A stretch of 64,000 nt of DNA from assembly GCA_001771185.1 (NCBI GenBank), contig METB01000001.1, positions 310,848-374,847 of the forward strand, given 5' to 3'. Below the pieces are notes generated by a model, which worked only from the letters and a program-made list of their open reading frames with translations, did not search any database and was not told the origin of the DNA. This document shows positions 59,418-64,000 of this stretch, in pieces (the stretch's first letter is position 1; each line of letters starts with the position of its first letter). Source of the stretch: a candidate division Kazan bacterium RIFCSPHIGHO2_01_FULL_44_14 (GTDB lineage Bacteria; Patescibacteriota; Kazan-3B-28). The translations under genes and the position numbers were made by a program.

Positions 59418-59858
59418 GTGAAAAGTTAATAGTTAAAAGTGAATAGTTTAGGTAGGCATCTTTGATGCACTTTTTATTTTGATTGTTGAAAGAATTTTAT
59501 TGATAGCAACTGCTTCTGCCCGCAAACTTTCTGCATCAGATAACTTTATATATCCAGCATCGGTTGGGAGCCCTAACCAATACAAACTTTCCTGTGACTC
59601 TTTTAATGCGATAGTGATTTTGTTGATAAAGTCCTTCCGACTTGCCCCAAAAGTCGCCTCGCTTATATTCGCCCCAATCGAAGTAGAAGACCTGACCAAC
59701 TGACCAATCAAAGGACGAGTCACTACATTCTGATCTACTGCTCGCGCCACTCGAATAACATCCCTGGCAAAAGTATAACTCCGATTGTAAATTGGATTAT
59801 CGGCTAGCACTCTGAATTACACCTTAACTTTTCACTATTCACCATTAACTGTTAACTG
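59417..59858. repeat. Inverted 7-mer arrays enclosing the four-helix-bundle gene
   Basis: gtgaaaagttaatagttaaaagtgaatagt (59418-59447) / ttaacttttcactattcaccattaactgttaact (59824-59857). Confidence 0.8.
59448..59810 (-). CDS. Four-helix-bundle protein (23S rRNA IVS protein family)
   Basis: QLVRSSTSIGANISEA..G.S.KDF..K..IALKE..ES.YWL. Confidence 0.93.
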   Translation of the reverse strand: MLADNPIYNRSYTFARDVIRVARAVDQNVVTRPLIGQLVRSSTSIGANISEATFGASRKDFINKITIALKESQESLYWLGLPTDAGYIKLSDAESLRAEAVAINKILSTIKIKSASKMPT

Positions 59859-59861
59859 ACC

Positions 59862-62090
59862 TCAATAATCTTCTCCTTGTTTGAATTCTTCGCCGCTCTC
59901 ATCGTCAACATCTACCCCGCCACCGGCAACAGCACTAGCTAGGTCTTCTTTCCTCATTAAGACCTCTCGTGGCTTGGCTCCTTCGCCAGGCCCAATTACT
60001 CCGCGGTCTTCTAAAATGTCCAGCAACCGAGCCGCCCTGGCGTAGCCGATCCTAAACCGTCTTTGCATGTAAGAAGCCGATGCCTTACCGGTTCTGACTA
60101 CCAACTCAATTGCTTCTTCAGTTAGGTTATCACTATCGCCACCCTCCTCTCCGCCAAATAAACCACCGCCCTTCTTGGCATCTTTGATAACTTCTTCCAC
60201 ATACTGTGGGGCGTCAATTTCTTTAAGCGCATTGGTCACCAATTTGACTTCCTTGTCACCGATAAAACAGGCCTGAATTCGTTTTGGTCTAGACGCATCA
60301 GATGGCATAAATAACATGTCTCCATTGCCGAGTAGTTTATCAGCACCAACTGTATCCAAAATTGTTCGCGAGTCAATTCCGCTGGTTACAGCGAAAGCGA
60401 TTCGAGAAGGGAAGTTGGCTTTGATTAAACCAGTGATGACATCCACACTGGGTCTTTGGGTAGCCAGCACCAAATGAATTCCGACCGCTCGTGACATCTG
60501 CGCCAACCGACAAATATAGGCCTCAACTTCGCGAGCCGAGACCGCCATCAAGTCGGCCAACTCATCGATAATCAATGCAATGTAGGGCAGGGGGGTATCT
60601 TTCTCCTGACGGTTGTACTGGGCTATTTCGCGGACTTTGGCTTCGGCCAACACTTTATACCGCCGCTCCATTTCCATCACTAACCACTTTAATGCATTGA
60701 TGGTCTTGTGCGGGTCAACAATCACGGGAGAGAGCAAGTGGGGGATATCGTTGTAGGCGGTGAATTCAACCCGTTTCGGGTCAACTAAAATCAATCGCAA
60801 ATCGGCCGGAGAATTTTGATAGAGCAGGGCGATTAGAAGATCGTTTAAAAACACGCTTTTACCCGCTCCAGTCGCGCCAGCAATTAGTAAATGGGGCATC
60901 CGCAGTAAGTCGGTGGCTACCGGTACCCCAGCCACATCTCGCCCGAGAGGAATTCGCAATGGTGATTTAACCACATGAAATTCTTCCGAGGCCATTACTT
61001 CGCGCAGCCGAACCAGAGCGGTCTTCTTATTCGGGACTTCTACTCCAACTAACGACCTCCCAGGAATAGGCGCCTCAATCCGGATTGGATGGGCGGCCAG
61101 AGCCAAAGCCAAATCATTGCTTAGGGCTGAAATCTTAGAAAGTTTCACCCCGGCAGCTGGCTTCAATGTATATTGGGTAACAGTCGGACCGACATTGACT
61201 TCGTTCATTTCCACGGCGATGCCGAAGTCATCTAGGGTTTCTTGGATGATAGTAACATTGCCGGAGATGTTCCCGCTATCAACTTTTGTAACCACATCAC
61301 TCAAGAGTTCGAGTGATGGCGGAGTCCAATCGCCAGTCGGTTTAAACTGCGGAATAAAATCAGTATCTTTTTTGACTGGGGCCCTGCGAGTCAGCGGACC
61401 ACGGGATTTAACATCGGCTTCTTCGCCCTCTTCGGCTTCTTCTCCAACGGCCTCTCTACCATTAGCAAAATCGTTGTTGATGCGAATATCGGGCAAAGAC
61501 GGAATAGCTGGCAAAGACAATTTAGTCCTCATGTATAGTTCGCGAAGTGGTTGGCCAAAAGCAAACAACAGTGAGACCGCAAAAACGACTGACAAAATTA
61601 GGAAGGAAGCCCAGAAGTCCACGATATTAATCAAAAACCGACTGACGAAAAATCCTAGATACCCACCGCCCTCACCGATTTGAGCCAACTCTAAACTAGT
61701 GTCGGGTCCAAAAAAGACATGGAGCAAACCGGACAGCGATAACACAAATAGCGCCAGTCCAATCGCATTAGCAAATTTAAATTTGTAACGGACTGGGAAA
61801 AACATCGCTACCCCGGCGCCGGCCAAGAGTAGGGGAATTACAAAACTGACCCAGCCAAATCCTAATCGCAGAGCCGAGTAAAAAATCTGACCCATATTCC
61901 CAGCCCCGCCAACAATGGCGAGCAAGGTGAATAGGCCTAGGCCGACCAGCAGAATGGCAATCATCTCCCGAACCACGGCCGGGTCGAGTTCCAAGTCAAA
62001 ATTCAACCCCTCCGCCCATTTGGAGGTCTGATAAGAGCGGTAGCGATACCGCCGACTATTGGTAGATTTTCTCTTTCTGCGTCTGGCCAT
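59862..62090 (-). CDS. ftsK: DNA translocase FtsK/SpoIIIE
   Basis: 4TM N-terminus, RIEAPIPG, PHLLIAGATGAGKS, DELADLM, ATQRPS, gamma domain QRR.RIGY.RAAR. Confidence 0.97.
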   Translation of the reverse strand: MARRRKRKSTNSRRYRYRSYQTSKWAEGLNFDLELDPAVVREMIAILLVGLGLFTLLAIVGGAGNMGQIFYSALRLGFGWVSFVIPLLLAGAGVAMFFPVRYKFKFANAIGLALFVLSLSGLLHVFFGPDTSLELAQIGEGGGYLGFFVSRFLINIVDFWASFLILSVVFAVSLLFAFGQPLRELYMRTKLSLPAIPSLPDIRINNDFANGREAVGEEAEEGEEADVKSRGPLTRRAPVKKDTDFIPQFKPTGDWTPPSLELLSDVVTKVDSGNISGNVTIIQETLDDFGIAVEMNEVNVGPTVTQYTLKPAAGVKLSKISALSNDLALALAAHPIRIEAPIPGRSLVGVEVPNKKTALVRLREVMASEEFHVVKSPLRIPLGRDVAGVPVATDLLRMPHLLIAGATGAGKSVFLNDLLIALLYQNSPADLRLILVDPKRVEFTAYNDIPHLLSPVIVDPHKTINALKWLVMEMERRYKVLAEAKVREIAQYNRQEKDTPLPYIALIIDELADLMAVSAREVEAYICRLAQMSRAVGIHLVLATQRPSVDVITGLIKANFPSRIAFAVTSGIDSRTILDTVGADKLLGNGDMLFMPSDASRPKRIQACFIGDKEVKLVTNALKEIDAPQYVEEVIKDAKKGGGLFGGEEGGDSDNLTEEAIELVVRTGKASASYMQRRFRIGYARAARLLDILEDRGVIGPGEGAKPREVLMRKEDLASAVAGGGVDVDDESGEEFKQGEDY

Positions 62091-62286
62091 AGGTATACGA
62101 GGTAATTATATCATAGGTGATTTTCTCCTATAGGGTGCGAATAAGTCCGCTCTGGGAGCAGAAAATTGCTTGACTTTTCTAGTTGACTATGTTAAGTTGA
62201 GAACGGTCTGGGGGACCTTGAAAACAAGGAGCTCCTGATTTAATTTTGACTTTTGGTTCGGGCAACCTGCCCAAGGAGGAACCGAA

Positions 62287-63336
62287 ATGAAGCGTTTCTT
62301 TGGGGCCATTGTTGCCCTGGCGATTGTTTTATTGTTTGCCGAATCGGCATTTGCCGTGCCGGTGAACAGCAACGAGTCCGAGAGCCTTCGGGCATTATGG
62401 ACTAGTGATTCAAACTTTGATGCGCCGGAAGGTGCGGAGATTTTTCAGATTGTTGGTAATGTACTACCCAACCCCGAGTGGGTCGAAAACACTTGGGCCG
62501 ACACCAACAATGACGACGAGTTCCCTTTTTGGACAATAGAGGGGGCTAGTGTTATTAGGTCGGATCAAAACGTGCTTGCGCGTCTTGGAACCTGGCGGAA
62601 GGGAAAATGGGGAATCCCTAAGGTCATGGCAATCGACTTCTTGAATAAAGGTCACCTCCCGGGAGTCAGATATGACATCTCGGAAAGTGAATTAAAGAAA
62701 GAGATTGCCCTCCTCTCCGGAGAACGAGGGTTTGTTTTCTTAGTCGGAAACGGGTGGGCACTCCCATTCGACATTAAAACTACCCCGATGGACAAAGATA
62801 CTTTCTATCTGGTCGTAACGACCAGTGCAGAAGAAACCCCCGAAACTCCAGTCATTGTCCCTGTCGCCACGACAGAAACAGAAACGAAGCAACCGGTTCC
62901 CCCTGCGGGATGTTATTTCCTGCTAGAGTGGACAGGAGGCCCTACATGGATAATGTGGGAAACATCTATAAAGGTACTGTCGTCAAGTGGGACTAATCCT
63001 TCCGTTCTTCTTCAATGGGAACAATGGTCAGCCCCGCCAACCGGAGAAGAAAGTGTCGTTACTACGACACCAAAACCGGCCGGAGCAATATGGCCGACCA
63101 CCTCACTCGAAGCCATAAGGGTTGGACAACAATACCAGATGCCCACTACCTACGGCGGGGGAGCAATCTATTTCTATTGGCGACAAGGAAGCGCTTGCCC
63201 GTTCCCAGAACGGATCGCCCCACTATTAGATTTAAAGTGGGCTCCGAGCTCCCAACATCAACAGGCCTGGGCCTATTGGGACGGGGAGTCCACCTGGTTG
63301 TGGGTTCCCGTCACCCCCCCACCAGCGGGTAGATAA
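62287..63336 (+). CDS. Secreted Trp/Pro-rich hypothetical protein (orphan)
   Basis: Signal peptide (AFA), GGAGGA SD, terminator 63361-63398. Confidence 0.7.
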   Translation: MKRFFGAIVALAIVLLFAESAFAVPVNSNESESLRALWTSDSNFDAPEGAEIFQIVGNVLPNPEWVENTWADTNNDDEFPFWTIEGASVIRSDQNVLARLGTWRKGKWGIPKVMAIDFLNKGHLPGVRYDISESELKKEIALLSGERGFVFLVGNGWALPFDIKTTPMDKDTFYLVVTTSAEETPETPVIVPVATTETETKQPVPPAGCYFLLEWTGGPTWIMWETSIKVLSSSGTNPSVLLQWEQWSAPPTGEESVVTTTPKPAGAIWPTTSLEAIRVGQQYQMPTTYGGGAIYFYWRQGSACPFPERIAPLLDLKWAPSSQHQQAWAYWDGESTWLWVPVTPPPAGR

Positions 63337-63652
63337 AAAGTTTTTGTTCTTTTCAAAACTAAAACCGGCCTTGTGTATATCACAGGCCGGTTTTTTCATA
63401 CCCGTAGGAACAATAGAAAATAAAAAATCAGCCCCAACGGGGCCCCTTCGGGGCAAATCTGCAAATATTGGTGTGTCACGACGACATGCCCAGGGAGTAA
63501 TGATTATTGTATGAGTGATTCTGCTGTCCAACAGAAGAGTCGAAGAGATACCAAAGCTTTTCATCGCAGGTCTACCGTCCAACAGAACAGAAGAGCAATC
63601 TAGATTGCCGCGTCGTTCTGCTGTACAACAGAACTCCTCGCAATGACAGAAA

Positions 63653-63705
63653 ACTATTCACTATTCACTATTCACTATTCACTATTCACTTTTAACTATT
63701 AACTT
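63653..63705. repeat. ACTATTC 7-mer tandem array
   Basis: actattc x5 followed by actttta actatta. Confidence 0.85.
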
Positions 63706-63726
63706 CCCCAGAAACCCGCTCTGACA

Positions 63727-63755
63727 TTGACTAATTTTTGTATTTGTGGTATAAT
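63727..63755 (+). promoter_or_regulatory. Sigma70 promoter, likely leaderless start
   Basis: TTGACT-17-TATAAT with TG extension, ATG 6 nt downstream. Confidence 0.8.
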
Positions 63756-63761
63756 GAAATG

Positions 63762-64000
63762 ATGAGTGAATCTTACGAAAACCCGTCAGGTAACGACCCC
63801 TTGTCACCTGAAGAAATCGCCCGTTTCCGGGCAGAACATTACAATCCTTCTCTCAAGAGGTCTGTTTTTGAGGAGAAGTCCATCTTCAGAAGCACCGATG
63901 AACGCAAAATCAAAAAGACGGATAAGGCCCAGGCCAAAAACGAGAGCGCTCGAACAAAAGCGATTGACAAAATATCGGGAGAATCTCTACCAGGAACGAT
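63762..64000 (+). CDS. Hypothetical protein, N-terminal part (runs off window)
   Basis: MSESYENPSGNDPLSPEEIARFRAEHYNP... open to the end of the window. Confidence 0.6.
   Translation, partial: MSESYENPSGNDPLSPEEIARFRAEHYNPSLKRSVFEEKSIFRSTDERKIKKTDKAQAKNESARTKAIDKISGESLPGT

Noticed and set aside
59448-59810. Diversity-generating retroelement (Avd-like gene)
   Set aside because: No reverse transcriptase and no TR/VR pair with adenine-specific mismatches; the 120-bp repeat is exact and non-coding
61117-61683. Long antisense ORFs here and at 3002-3544, 57484-58059, 58313-58708
   Set aside because: Shadows of well-conserved genes on the opposite strand, with no recognisable motifs
63653-63705. 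Possible CRISPR array
   Set aside because: Contiguous 7-mers without unique spacers, and no cas genes; no repeat-spacer array was seen anywhere in the window

Overview
A 64-kb chromosomal window from a small-genome bacterium using the standard code (TGA is a stop). Gene content (short AlaRS, RNHCP protein, FtsA-like plus baseplate-J-like pair, large Kelch/Ig/dockerin surface proteins) suggests Patescibacteria/CPR; the taxon is an inference. Most of it is housekeeping: rny (partial), tsaE/tsaB, ruvA/B/C, uppP, tatD, metG, recX, gdhA, trxB, HU, ruvX, alaS, iscS, rplY, comEC, mltG, yebC, pcrA, rsmA, rsmI, recA, yajQ, ftsK and 7 tRNAs. The most unusual signal is non-coding. (1) A stand-alone GIY-YIG gene lies between direct repeats of a tRNA-Lys 5' end, and tRNA remnants are interrupted by hairpins. 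(2) A 120-bp structured element is duplicated exactly beside tRNAs. (3) A MITE-like family with 3-4-bp target duplications sits on start codons or a -35 box. (4) Inverted 7-mer/9-mer arrays occur, one pair enclosing a four-helix-bundle gene. (5) Palindromes are inserted in frame in tsaB and yajQ. (6) Orphan genes share a promoter / boxA-like / SD / ORF / terminator layout. All calls come from reading the sequence and recognising motifs; no searches were run.
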